A stretch of 63,411 nucleotides of DNA, the filler included, from Octopus bimaculoides (Eukaryota), in NCBI RefSeq assembly GCF_001194135.2. It is 8 parts of 8 records of this genome, joined end to end, with 100 filler letters (N's around TTAATTAATTAA, not from the genome) between each part and the next. Parts side by side here need not be neighbours in the genome. Positions count along the whole stretch, not along the records: positions 22,505 to 45,887 come from NC_069002.1; 7 more parts are not named here. One strand, 5' to 3'. Each line of letters opens with the position of its first letter. The stretch's first letter is position 1. Position numbers and translations under genes: made by a program. Below the pieces are notes generated by a model, which searched no databases, had not been told where the DNA came from, and saw only the letters and a list, made by a program, of their open reading frames with translations. Shown here piece by piece: positions 27,275 through 39,889 of the stretch.

Positions 27275-28020
27275 CAGCTTATTTTGTTTGTAAAATTTGT
27301 CTCTTTTTTCAAATCTTTGTATTCTTTGAGTTTTTGCTTGGATTTTTTGATACAGTGTTTCTTTTGCTGAAAACAGTTCTTATCTTGGTAAGAATCTGTG
27401 TTTTTACCCTTCATCTTTCTTCCTTTTCTGGTTTTTACAGCGTTTCCACAGAAAATTTCATTCAATAGTGATATTTTACCTCTCATTATTTCAATCTCTT
27501 TTTCAATATTTTACTTTTCCAGTTTGGAACTATTTTCAGGTTTGTATTTGTTTTTACATGGGCATACGACGGGTTTCAATTGTCTTAGCAGCTGCGTAAA
27601 AAAATTTCATTTAATTCAATGAGATTTAGTTTTAGTTCTTGTATGATTTCCTTTGTTACATAGTTTCCAATTTTAATTTGTTTTGTACTTTGGATTGTAT
27701 TTGAGAGCTTATGAAATGGTTCTCTGTCATGCATATTGGATTGTCGTACAACTTCAAGCTTATTCAGAATTTTCTGCGTCAGTTCTATCTCTCTATGCTT
27801 CTATCTCTCTATCTCTTCTAGGCTCTCTATGTTTTCTAGTAAATGTGTAGTCTTCTAAATATTGCTTATTTACAACTTTCCTTGTTATCTTTATCAGGTT
27901 CATTACAATTTATTGTTCCAGACGTTTGCGTGTTCTGGTCAGATGGCAGTTTTTCAACTGCGACTCGCGGAGAATTGCTTTCTTTGTCTGGTTCTTCATT
28001 TTCTTTCTGTCTTATATTTA
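27275..28020 (-). mobile_element. R4/Dong-like non-LTR, N-terminal (pre-RT) ORF region, decayed
   Basis: QKILNKLEVVRQSNMHDREPFHKL; ELNEIFYAAAKTIE; IEKEIEIMRGKISLLNEI; ETLYQKIQAKTQRIQRFEKRDKFYKQN. Preceded on its sense strand by (TAA)n (28046-28142). Confidence 0.75.
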
Positions 28021-28045
28021 GGTTTTACTACTACTACTACTACTA

Positions 28046-28051
28046 CTATTA

Positions 28052-28124
<73 letters not shown>

Positions 28125-28142
28125 CATTATTATTATTATTAT
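28046..28142. repeat. (TTA)n microsatellite with adjacent (CTA)n
   Basis: Direct reading. Confidence 0.95.
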
Positions 28143-28342
28143 AAACTGAAGTACCAATACCCTGCCCTCAAAAGAGCTGGCATGATGCCTAAATTAGAAA
28201 CCATGTTTTTTTCTTTTTGTTTCTCTCTTCTTTCTCACCCTCACCTTTTTACTAGACTTCTATAACAATTTTATTCCTACTTCATACTCTCTCCCTCTCT
28301 CTCTCACAGTTTCGTTCTCTCCCTTCTTTCTGTCACTCTCTT

Positions 28343-28390
<48 letters not shown>

Positions 28391-28860
28391 GACTTTCTGT
28401 CTTTCTACTTCTTGCCTTTTTCTCTCTTCCCATCTCATTGCCACTTTTATATTATTTCCTTTTCTCTCTGTTTACTAACCACCCTCTCCGATCTCCCGCA
28501 ACTCTTTCTTCTCTGTCCCTACTTCTCCCACACTGTCTTTTTCTCTTATTTTAATTGTCTTCTCCACCTCATTTCCTTTCGTCTCTGTCATTTTTATTTC
28601 TATCGCTCGTGTTACATTTCTCTCACTTCCAGCTTAATTGTTCCACCTACAACTTTTCTATTTTCTATTTTGCTTTCATTCTACCCACCTCTCCACCCTG
28701 ACTCACACGTACCCACATCACAACATCGATATCACAAATATCGCTCACTCGTGTCTAGGTTTACGATCGGTGTTTTTCGTCACTTGAAAATTTCTTTGTT
28801 TCCCTTTCATTTTTCTCAGCGCGCGTGGGCGTTCGTTGTATGTTGTGTCTGTTATACGTA

Positions 28861-28893
<33 letters not shown>

Positions 28894-29162
28894 NNNNNNN
28901 NNNNNNNNNNNNNNNNNNNNNNNNNNNNNNNNNNNNNNNNNNNNNNNNNNNNNNNNNNNNNNNNNNNNNNNNNNNNNNNNNNNNNNNNNNNNNNNNNNNN
29001 NNNNNNNNNNNNTATATATATAGTATATATGTGTGCGTATATATATAGTATATACGTGTGAATGTATGCATTACTATTTGTTTTGTTATTATTATTATTA
29101 TTATCATCATTATTATCATCATCATTATTATTATTATCGTTATTATTATTATTATTATTATT

Positions 29163-29320
29163 AAGACGGTGTTTCTTCCGTCTTCACGTACTGAGTTCAA
29201 ATTTCGCTTTTCATCCTTTCGTGGTCGATAAATTAAGTACCAGTGAAACACTGGTGTCAATTTCATCGACTAATCGCCTCCCCACAGATTTCAAGCCTTG
29301 TGCCGTTAGTAGAAAGGATT
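29163..29320 (+). mobile_element. Family C SINE, 5'-truncated, followed by (ATT)n
   Basis: gagttcaaattt...ttcatcctttcgtggtcgataaattaagtaccag...caagccttgtgccgttagtagaaagg. Confidence 0.85.
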
Positions 29321-29324
29321 ATTG

Positions 29325-29398
<74 letters not shown>

Positions 29399-29417
29399 TT
29401 ATTATTATTATTATTAT

Positions 29418-29773
29418 CATTCATATACGCACAACAGATGGAAAAGAAAAAAATCCCAACATCGGGCTACAAGTAACCTTAGATGCCAAGAACCCTCCTA
29501 AATATCCTAGCTGTCCCTAATAACACTGTTTTCTGGAGCTGTACTAAACTGGGTTTTATGCCTTTTTCCTCTATCCATCTGTTCAAATATTAAAGGATAG
29601 TTCCCAATGCATCTATATCTACTGGGATACATTCTACCTGCACTTTCCATAGTCTCTGTAATTCAATGGCTAGGTCCTGGTACATTACTATTTTTGGTAT
29701 ACCTCTCATATTGATTTTTTTCATCATTTGGAATTCTAAAGTCTATCATCTGGCACTTTCTATTCTCTTTATT

Positions 29774-29828
<55 letters not shown>

Positions 29829-30713
29829 GAATCAGGTCTTCTAGCTTCTATTATTCTGTCTGTCTGAATGTTAAAGTCCAGCAACATCTTATATTTCTTA
29901 ATTTTTAGTACTTTACTATGTTCATCTTCATACCATTTATCAGTATGTTCACATTTTAGCTTTCTTCATAGCTCCCAGTAGATTTAACTTCCTTGGTTGT
30001 CATGCCTTTTCTTGTATCCTTTCAGCGCTTTCGTCTTTTGATTTGCATAGCCTACATTGTGAACCTACTTGGTTTTTGTCTATCTTGGGTTTTTATCAAA
30101 TTAGTCCTTAATGCTTGATCTTGTGCTGCTATTAACAAACTTTCTGTCACCCTTTTCAGCCTTCTTTTCTGTAAAAATAACCATGTCTCACTACTATTAT
30201 TTGCTGCAACTATCTTTGGGAATCTACCATGCAAAGCCTTCTCCTGTCAGTCTGATAACTTTTGTTCTTTTTCTGGTTTTTAAATTTGTTTGGGTTTTTT
30301 GTTTCCCTATGTCTTGCTGTGACTCTAGCAGCTCTTAATAAACTTTCTTCACGATTACCTACATTGGATTCTCTATCTACTCTAGCTAATACCACGTATA
30401 CTTCTACTGATATTCAACCTCTTCCACTTTACTTTCTATGTAAATAATCCTGCCCTGTGGTGGAATCCCCCATTCATATTGAATTCCTTCCTAGTTCTTC
30501 TGTCTAGCTTTGCTAATTCAGTTTTTGTCCAGTCTACAAAAGCTTCTGAATATCTAACGTTACTGCCCAAGTATTTACAGCCTTCACTAGATTCGAACCA
30601 TTTAGCTTTGATTTCATTAGCTTCCTTACCCTTCTGACGTACTCCTTCTCAATTTTCTTTTACATTTCTCTCAGATTCTAATACACCTAAATACTTATAA
30701 CTCTCTCCTTCTT
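29418..30713 (-). mobile_element. 5'-truncated R4/Dong-like non-LTR element (RT end, thumb, RLE, 3' UTR, (TAA)n tail)
   Basis: LKEGESYKYLGVLES; RRVRKLMKSKLNGSNLVKAVNTWAV; LDRRTRKEFNMNGG; MHGRF; LKRVTESLLIAAQDQALRTN; DFNIQTDRIIEARRPD...IDFRIPND; LQKTVLLGTARIFRRVLGI*. Many frameshifts. Confidence 0.92.
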
Positions 30714-30844
30714 TCAATAATAATAATGAGTGTGCGTGTACTGGATTTGGAAGAAACCGCCTGTTTTAATCATTACTATCATCGTAGTCGCCCTCGTCGC
30801 CTTTATTATTATTATTATTATTATCATCATCACCATCATCATCA

Positions 30845-30893
<49 letters not shown>

Positions 30894-31479
30894 CATTATT
30901 ATTATTATCATCATCATCACTATCACTTATCGTTTCTGTTAGTGTGGAGTTCCGGCCATTCTTTTTGAAGAAATCGTTAACTCCAACTGGATTTTCTTTT
31001 CCTCGCATCCGTACAATTCCACGAGACAGATTTATATTAGTTTGACCTTTCACAATTTGTGCAGTTCTGGAGCTAATGAACTTCTTGGCATACAACTCAT
31101 CTCGTTTCCTTTTCCTAGCCACAGAACAACAACCACAGTAGGTGGTAACAGTCTCTGATAATCTCCAGCCATTTAAAATTATTACAGTAATTTTCCTTTA
31201 GAGATATTCTATTTCCTACAACAGCCATGGATTGCAACTTTCTTGCTAACATCACCGTTAGCGTCACCAAAATCTATGCTTCCTTCATTAGTTCCGGATA
31301 AAATAGATATAATTGGGTTATGTATTGCATTTAATAACTGTCGAAAGCTGTCTTGTTGTCAATTCTAAGCCCAACTCTTAACAATGATACAGATGTGTAT
31401 TTTTGGAAAGTGGGCTGCCATTGAAGTACCCAACGCCCGGTAAATTAGACAGTTTTGAAATGGCATTTAACGTTTAAAT

Positions 31480-31827
31480 CAGGGTTTCTCAACCATTTTT
31501 TTATCAATGGACCCCTATGACTATTATTTTATTCCAATGAATCCCCATAGCCATTTGATATTTAAAAATTCATTTTATAGAAACTCCTTTCAAAATTACA
31601 ATTTTGTTTTTCACACATTTAACTGAGGTTGAACTATGTAAAATGTTAGAGGAAGACACGTAGTTATTTCTTTTAATTCGTACCAATACATATATCTGAA
31701 GCAAAATTATTGCAGGGGCCCTTAAAATACAATTGTAGATCTCGAATCTTTTTTATTTTGTTGTATGGTCCCCAAAAATCTTATATGGAGCCTCAGGGGC
31801 CATATGAACCGTACTTGAGAATCGTTG
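31480..31827. mobile_element. hAT (Charlie-type) MITE
   Basis: Left TIR cagggtttctcaacc, degenerate right TIR cttgagaatcgttg; imperfect 8-bp TSD gtttaaat (31472-31479) / attcaaat (31828-31835). Confidence 0.7.
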
Positions 31828-31842
31828 ATTCAAATGATGATT

Positions 31843-32496
31843 TTGGCAGAATCGTTAGATATTTGTTTCACAACTTGACATTCTGAGTTCGTATCCTACC
31901 AAGGGAAATGTTGCTTTTCACCCTTTCAGGGTCAATAAAATAAAGTACCAGTGAAATATTGTGATCGATGGTACTGATTAAACTGTTTACTCCCAAAATT
32001 TCAGGCGTTGTGCTTAAATCAGAAAGTTCAAGGTGTTGAGCTGGCAGATTCGTTAGCACGTCGGGAAAAATTATTAGCGGCATTTCGTCCGTCATTAGGT
32101 TCTGAGTTCAAATTCCATCAAGGTCGACATTGCTTTTATCCTTCTGGGTTTAATGAAATAAGTACCAGATACGCAATAGGGTCTATGTAATCGACTAGCT
32201 CCTTCCCACCAACTTTCAGGACTTATGCCTTAATTTGAAATGCCTTAAATAGAAACGATATCTCATTCGTATTTACGTTCTGAGTTCAAATTCTGCCTCA
32301 GTCGACTTTGCCTTTCACACTTTCGGAGTCGATAGAATAAGCACTAGTTGATCAGTGGGGTCGATATAATCGATTTGTCCCATCCTCCGAAATTGCTGGC
32401 CTTGTGCCAAAATTTTAAACCATTGTGTGCGTTACCTAAAGGTACTGAGCTGGCAGAATCGTTAGCACGGACAAAATGCTTAGCAGCATTTGCGTC
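31843..32496 (+). mobile_element. Four head-to-tail family C SINE copies or fragments
   Basis: About 31843-32020, 32030-32232, 32268-32423 and a head at 32438-32496; each carries tggcagaatcgttag and/or ttctgagttcaaatt plus the core. Confidence 0.8.
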
Positions 32497-32644
32497 TTAA
32501 TAAAGATATACAATTATGTATAATAAGGATATACGATTTTGTACAAAATAAGGGTTTTTTTATATAAAATTGTATATCTTTATTATCATGGCTGTAAAAT
32601 ACTCTTAAAACCTGTAAAACAAATGTGTGTTTATACAGCTTTTC

Positions 32645-32729
<85 letters not shown>

Positions 32730-32747
32730 ATATATATATAGAGAGAG

Positions 32748-32860
32748 GTTCAGCTAAGAGATCGAAAAAATAAGAAACGAAAGTGCACTGGAGTCGATTC
32801 TTTCAACTAAATTTCTTCAAGCCGGTACCCTAGCATGGCCGCAGTCTAAGTAAAAGATAA
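32748..32860 (+). mobile_element. Family AB SINE tail module fragment
   Basis: gagatcgaaaaaataag...ggagtcgattctttcaactaaa...ctagcatggccgcagtc. Confidence 0.65.
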
Positions 32861-33092
32861 AAGATATATAACATACTTCACGTATGTATATCGTTGAAAA
32901 GTCAGAGGCTGCAACGGTCACCTAAGGAAAGATCCCTTTAGTGATCTAGTGAGTTAAATAAAAAACACAACGTACTTCAGAATTAAACGAAACGAAATCG
33001 TCCTGGAAGCAATCGCGGGATTGGTAGATGCGCGTTTCACCGTTTTGGCGGCTTGTCAGTGTCAAGCAACCGGTTCACTTCTGACACTTCTA

Positions 33093-33392
33093 CTTGTTTC
33101 AGCGATTAGACTGTGGCCGCGATACGGCACCACCTTGAAGAATTTTAGCTGATCGAATACTTTTTCGTTTTTTTTTTTTTTTTATAAAGTTACGGGGACA
33201 ACAAACGGTTGTAAAGCAGTAGTGAGGACAGAGGCACAAAGATACATACACACCCACACACACATAGAAGCATACACACATAGAAGCATACACACATGCA
33301 CACAGTAGATGGCTTCTTTGCAGTTTCCGTCTACCGAATCCATTGTCAAGGATTTGGTTGGCCCAGGGCTAGTAGAAAAGACTGTCGAGGCA
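33093..33392 (-). mobile_element. Diverged family AB SINE, 5'-truncated, with internal CA-rich tract
   Basis: Tail tgtttcagcgattagactgtggcc...ttacggggac; CA/TA tract about 33243-33305; head part gatggcttctttgcagtttccgtctacc. Confidence 0.7.
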
Positions 33393-33407
33393 TACGTTAT
33401 GTATGAG

Positions 33408-33463
<56 letters not shown>

Positions 33464-34129
33464 TTGGTGTCTTATGTTTAAGATTGGTGTATCTTGCACT
33501 AAAGCAGACTGGATTAGGATTAGGAAATTTGTGCATGCAATCATAAGATGGCAGCGAAGATTACGGCGATAAGTGAAGCAACAGTTACATCAACGAAAGA
33601 ATCCTTCCTTCGATATCTGCTATATTAGCGAGCGAGAGAGGGGAAGAAGGGAAGGGAGAGAGAGTAAAGACATAGAAAGAGAGAGAAAAAAGACAGAGAG
33701 CGAAAGAGGTAGAGAGAGAGAGAAAGAAAGGGACAGAGAGCGAAAGGGAGAATGAAAGGGAGAGAAAGAGAGAGAAAGAGAGCGAAGCTCAAACTGAGTG
33801 AAGACGTGAGAAAGAGAGAGAGTGAGATAAAGATTCAGAGAGAAAGAAAGAGAATGAGAAAAGATATATATAAAGAAGAAGAAAGAGGAGGAAAAAGAGA
33901 AGTACGTCGTGTTTTAAAAATGAAAAAACTGCCAAGCTTCTAAATGAAATTCATCGCTGGGACAAGATAAAATGGGTGAACAGGTATTTTTGTGATGAGG
34001 TCCCTAGGAATTTGGGTTGTATTATAGTCGACCCTATATATGTGGAACGACTAAAGGAATATACAGAGAACGTTAAATACGTAGGAAGGAATATAGATAC
34101 CTCTTTTTTTTCAATCATTCACCATATTG

Positions 34130-34311
34130 GACCGTTGAACTCAACACGTGTTTTTCATTCTCTCTCGATTTATTTTCACTTATTACATTCTGCTGAAGAG
34201 CGTAGGCTCGAAACGTAAAAGACTTTTTGGATTTTTCCCGAGCGTCAAATTACAATCACTTGCTTTCTTGTTCATACACCTGTCATCGTCTTTTGTTTTT
34301 CTATAAATTTC

Positions 34312-34318
<7 letters not shown>
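34130..34318 (+). mobile_element. Penelope-like terminal repeat remnant with hammerhead-core-like motif
   Basis: ctgaagagcgtaggctcgaaacgta (34193-34217), then ttcccgagcgtc, ending in (TA)n; related to 1645-1712. Confidence 0.55.
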
Positions 34319-34343
<25 letters not shown>

Positions 34344-35330
34344 NNNNNNNNNNNNNNNNNNNNNNNNNNNNNNNNNNNNNNNNNNNNNNNNNNNNNNNNN
34401 NNNNNNNNNNNNNNNNNNNNNNNNNNNNNNNNNNNNNNNNNNNNNNNNNNNNNNNNNNNNNNNNNNNNNNNNNNNNNNNNNNNNNNNNNNNNNNNNNNNN
34501 NNNNNNNNNNNNNNNNNNNNNNNNNNNNNNNNNNNNNNNNNNNNNNNNNNNNNNNNNNNNNNNNNNNNNNNNNNNNNNNNNNNNNNNNNNNNNNNNNNNN
34601 NNNNNNNNNNNNNNNNNNNNNNNNNNNNNNNNNNNNNNNNNNNNNNNNNNNNNNNNNNNNNNNNNNNNNNNNNNNNNNNNNNNNNNNNNNNNNNNNNNNN
34701 NNNNNNNNNNNNNNNNNNNNNNNNNNNNNNNNNNNNNNNNNNNNNNNNNNNNNNNNNNNNNNNNNNNNNNNNNNNNNNNNNNNNNNNNNNNNNNNNNNNN
34801 NNNNNNNNNNNNNNNNNNNNNNNNNNNNNNNNNNNNNNNNNNNNATATATATATATATATATATATAGATAGATATATATACGCTCATACACATTCTCTA
34901 ATACATATACACACACAGGCATATATATGTGTGTGTGTACGTGTACACATATACACATGTGTATATGTATATATGTGTATGTATGTTTGTATGTATGTAT
35001 GTATGTATGCGTGCGCGTGTGTGTACCTGTTTGTATGTATGCATTTTTTGATACGTATATATTCATATAATACACACATGCGCACACACACACGCACATA
35101 CCATACATGTGCGCGCGCAAACGATGTTCTATTTTAGAGTTTGAAACTTTATCGCTTATTTATTCAATCGGAAATAAAATTACATTTCCCCAAAACGATA
35201 GCGATGTCTGTAACCAGGAGCTAGTATATATAGACGTTCATTCCAATGGAAACGTGATTATATTATTATTATTGTTATTATTAATAATAATAATAATAAT
35301 AATAATAATGATAATCTTTTCTAGTCTAGG

Positions 35331-35665
35331 CATAGGATCGCGGTTTCGATTCCCAGACCGGGCGTTGTGAGTGTTTATTGAGCGAAAACACCTAAAAGCT
35401 CCACGAGGCTCCGGCAGGGGATGGTGGCGAACCCTGCTGTACTCTTCCACCACAACTTTCTCTCACTCTTACTTCCTGTTTCTGTTGTGCCTGTAATTCA
35501 AAGGGTCAGCCTTGTCACACTGCGTGACGCTGAATATCCCCGAGAACTACGTTAAGGGTACACATGTCTGTGGAGTACTCAGCCACTTGCACGTTAATTT
35601 CACGAGCAGGCTGTTTGATCGGACCAGCTGGAACCCTCGACGGAGTGCCAACAACAGCAACAACA
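35331..35665 (+). mobile_element. Family E SINE, 5'-truncated, (CAA)n tail
   Basis: cataggatcgcggtttcgattcccagaccgggcg...ggaaccctcgacggagtgccaacaacagcaac; reverse complement of the 23608 copy. Confidence 0.9.
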
Positions 35666-36031
35666 ATATATATATATATATANNNNNNNNNNNNNNNNNN
35701 NNNNNNNNNNNNNNNNNNNNNNNNNNNNNNNNNNNNNNNNNNNNNNNNNNNNNNNNNNNNNNNNNNNNNNNNNNNNNNNNNNNNNNNNNNNNNNNNNNNN
35801 NNNNNNNNNNNNNNNNNNNNNNNNNNNNNNNNNNNNNNATATACACACACACGCAGGATTTTGTCAAATTACCGTTGTACACATCGCTCAAAAATAGGCT
35901 TATTGTAAATTTATATAATAAACATACATCATTTCTGCACCGATTGAAATAAATGTAAGACAGGAAGAAAGTATTCCGTTTGATGTTACACGAAACTTGT
36001 ATCATATATATATGTGGATGGGCGTGCGTAC

Positions 36032-36064
<33 letters not shown>

Positions 36065-36579
36065 TGTGTATGTGTGTGTGAGTGTGCGTCTGTGTGTATG
36101 TGTGTCTCCTTATTTTTCATGTTTTTCTCAAAGCTGTGATCACATCACAATCTGAGAAATATATACAAAGGATGCAGATACGTGATATAAATTACTTTTT
36201 CCTCTCTCGCATGGTCAACAACAAACGTGGTATATTAGAATCATAATAATACTAAACGAATAACGGTGAATACCTTACAGTAACCGTTAAATAAGTAAAT
36301 TAAACAATTTATAAGCCATCTGGAATTCGTTCAGCGATGACAATCATATTAGTAATTCTTACGTTTATAAGCTTCACCAATATATACGTTCGTTTAACTA
36401 ATTGTCATCTTTCAGGCACTTTATAGTGAAAGCAACGTTAGTAAAGCTATTATTTAGCAGACAAACGTATGCGATGAGCGTGTTATTTCAGCCATTTGAT
36501 TCTTTGGATATGTAGGTATATATGCGGTATTAGATTGGCTACAAATAGGGGAGTGATAGTGTATAACTGCATACAAACA

Positions 36580-36621
<42 letters not shown>

Positions 36622-36634
36622 CATACACACACAC

Positions 36635-36680
<46 letters not shown>

Positions 36681-36787
36681 NNNNNNNNNNNNNNNNNNNN
36701 NNNNNNNNNNNNNNNNNNNNNNNNNNNNNNNNNNNNNNNNNNNNNNNNNNNNNNNNNNNNNNNNNNNNNNNNNNNNNNNNNNNNNNN

Positions 36788-36848
<61 letters not shown>

Positions 36849-37352
36849 ACAGTTATGTAGTGACATCCAATTGGCCGTGGTAAAAGCAGTTTGCCAGCAT
36901 CTTGCATAGACAAGACCTGTATTAATAACACAAGAGGCGATGATAATCAATCAATAAACTTTATTAATCAATGTATCAAATATACTTGATCCCATATCGA
37001 AATTACGCAGACATCCTGATAAGTTGACTGCTGTTCTACAAATGCAGTTGCTTATAATACAAGAATTAAGTCTCCGAATAATTTGGTAATTATGCGTTCG
37101 GTGTCACTTTTGAAACAGATGTAGTACACGACTACCTATTCCATTCCTTTCATTCATTCATTGCATGTATATAGTGTGTTCACAAATCAACATTATAATT
37201 TGGTAAAATTTCAGTAAAAATATCTAAAGTATAACTCAGCAGGGGTTATTCGAAAGCATAGGCAGAGAAATAAGGCTTTATTAGAAACCTCACATCATTT
37301 CTACGTGTTCTGATGTTTCTGATAAAAAGTTCATTGATGAATCTCAGCTTCA

Positions 37353-37395
<43 letters not shown>

Positions 37396-38796
37396 NNNNN
37401 NNNNNNNNNNNNNNNNNNNNNNNNNNNNNNNNNNNNNNNNNNNNNNNNNNNNNNNNNNNNNNNNNNNNNNNNNNNNNNNNNNNNNNNNNNNNNNNNNNNN
37501 NNNNNNNNNNNNNNNNNNNNNNNNNNNNNNNNNNNNNNNNNNNNNNNNNNNNNNNNNNNNNNNNNNNNNNNNNNNNNNNNNNNNNNNNNNNNNNNNNNNN
37601 NNNNNNNNNNNNNNNNNNNNNNNNNNNNNNNNNNNNNNNNNNNNNNNNNNNNNNNNNNNNNNNNNNNNNNNNNNNNNNNNNNNNNNNNNNNNNNNNNNNN
37701 NNNNNNNNNNNNNNNNNNNNNNNNNNNNNNNNNNNNNNNNNNNNNNNNNNNNNNNNNNNNNNNNNNNNNNNNNNNNNNNNNNNNNNNNNNNNNNNNNNNN
37801 NNNNNNNNNNNNNNNNNNNNNNNNNNNNNNNNNNNNNNNNNNNNNNNNNNNNNNNNNNNNNNNNNNNNNNNNNNNNNNNNNNNNNNNNNNNNNNNNNNNN
37901 NNNNNNNNNNNNNNNNNNNNNNNNNNNNNNNNNNNNNNNNNNNNNNNNNNNNNNNNNNNNNNNNNNNNNNNNNNNNNNNNNNNNNNNNNNNNNNNNNNNN
38001 NNNNNNNNNNNNNNNNNNNNNNNNNNNNNNNNNNNNNNNNNNNNNNNNNNNNNNNNNNNNNNNNNNNNNNNNNNNNNNNNNNNNNNNNNNNNNNNNNNNN
38101 NNNNNNNNNNNNNNNNNNNNNNNNNNNNNNNNNNNNNNNNNNNNNNNNNNNNNNNNNNTATATATATATATATGAAACTTCCATGCATTGTATTTTTTAT
38201 AGAACAAACTTAGGGGGTTGTATGCAGTCGAAGTTGACTGAGGTAACGGAGATGTGACACGCGAGAAAATATCTATTATTCAGAGATAACTTCTTTTATC
38301 TTCACACTCTTTATATCTCTCTTGTTACCTGAATATATACAAAGGTAAATACATACGTACATACATACATACTTTCATATATGCATATATTCATACCGAC
38401 ATACATACATATATATATACACACATACATACATGCATATATGTGGATGAGTGTGCGTGTGGGTTTATGGGTGTATGTATGCACGTCTGTTTACAAGGAG
38501 TCACAGAAAAATAAAACAGGCATCCAATCGAGCTAAATATATAGCGAGACAGACAGACAAATAGATAGATAGATAGATAGATTTTATGATTTCCAAAGAA
38601 TGTTATTACGTGCAGTTATAATGTGTGCAGATGAAATAAAGTAAAAAAAGGTGAAAACTAGTCTGAAAATATTCTTCTCAATGATACATTTACTCTTCAT
38701 ATCGGCACGTATCGGTCTCTTTGAAAACCTCTATTCACTACTCCATCCTTTGAAGCAACATTTACACACACACCGTCACATACATATCTATATTGC

Positions 38797-38828
<32 letters not shown>

Positions 38829-39394
38829 NNNNNNNNNNNNNNNNNNNNNNNNNNNNNNNNNNNNNNNNNNNNNNNNNNNNNNNNNNNNNNNNNNNNNNNN
38901 NNNNNNNNNNNNNNNNNNNNNNNNNNNNNNNNNNNNNNNNNNNNNNNNNNNNNNNNNNNNNNNNNNNNNNNNNNNNNNNNNNNNNNNNNNNNNNNNNNNN
39001 NNNNNNNNNNNNNNNNNNNNNNNNNNNNNNNNNNNNNNNNNNNNNNNNNNNNNNNNNNNNNNNNNNNNNNNNNNNNNNNNNNNNNNNNNNNNNNNNNNNN
39101 NNNNNNNNNNNNNNNNNNNNNNNNNNNNNNNNNNNNNNNNNNNNNNNNNNNNNNNNNNNNNNNNNNNNNNNNNNNNNNNNNNNNNNNNNNNNNNNNNNNN
39201 NNNNNNNNNNNNNNNNNNNNNNNNNNNNNCCCAATTTTAAAATAGGAATTATTAATTTTAATTTTTACAAAAATGTGAATATGAGAAGCTTTATATATTC
39301 TGTAATAAACAAACATGAAAAATTTGAAAAGAATATTACAATTAATAAATCATTTATAAGTATTTTCGAATAAGGACTTAATTTTCAATCACCC

Positions 39395-39438
<44 letters not shown>

Positions 39439-39439
<1 letters not shown>

Positions 39440-39846
39440 CGAGAAGATGAATCTCAGTGGGTTTTTTTAAAGTTTTTGTCTGCACAATTTGTGACAGACC
39501 ATGCCTTTCTTTTGCTGGGATCAAATCTTATTTGAGCATCCATGAAAAACGATCCTCCACCAACTATTCTGGCGATATGTGTGTGCACACCTTTCAATGC
39601 AATGTATGCCAGAAGGTTTGCAAATCTAACGCAGGCCTCAAAAGACATTTTCAGATCCACAAAAATCAGAACTTAACTGCAGCTCTTCGTAGTCCAAATC
39701 GGATATGTAATATATGTGGGTTTCTTTTCAATACATTGTCTGGTTTAAAAAGACACATCAGACGCCATGATGGATCTAAGATGTAAGTACAAGAGATGTT
39801 CAGACACTGCACAAGGAGTAGACAGCCACCATGTGTGTGTGTGTGT
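39439..39846 (+). mobile_element. 3' end of a probable RTE-type LINE with three C2H2 zinc fingers
   Basis: ORF 39457-39786: CTIC-x12-YLSIH (first His lost), CNVC-x12-HFQIH, CNIC-x12-HIRRH; no TGEKP linkers; starts abruptly in (CA)n; short 3' UTR ending in (GT)n. Confidence 0.65.
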
Positions 39847-39889
39847 ATTTATGTATGTTTGTGTGTTAATGTGTGTGTGTTGTTATACT

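Noticed and set aside
30930-31330. Partly open minus-strand frames (ARKRKRDELYAKKF...)
   Set aside because: No recognisable domain, and the ORF length comes from running into a microsatellite. Possibly a decayed transposon.
39457-39786. Host C2H2-ZNF gene
   Set aside because: No TGEKP linkers, no ATG or evident acceptor, first finger degenerate, and retroposon-like ends. Kept as a LINE tail instead.
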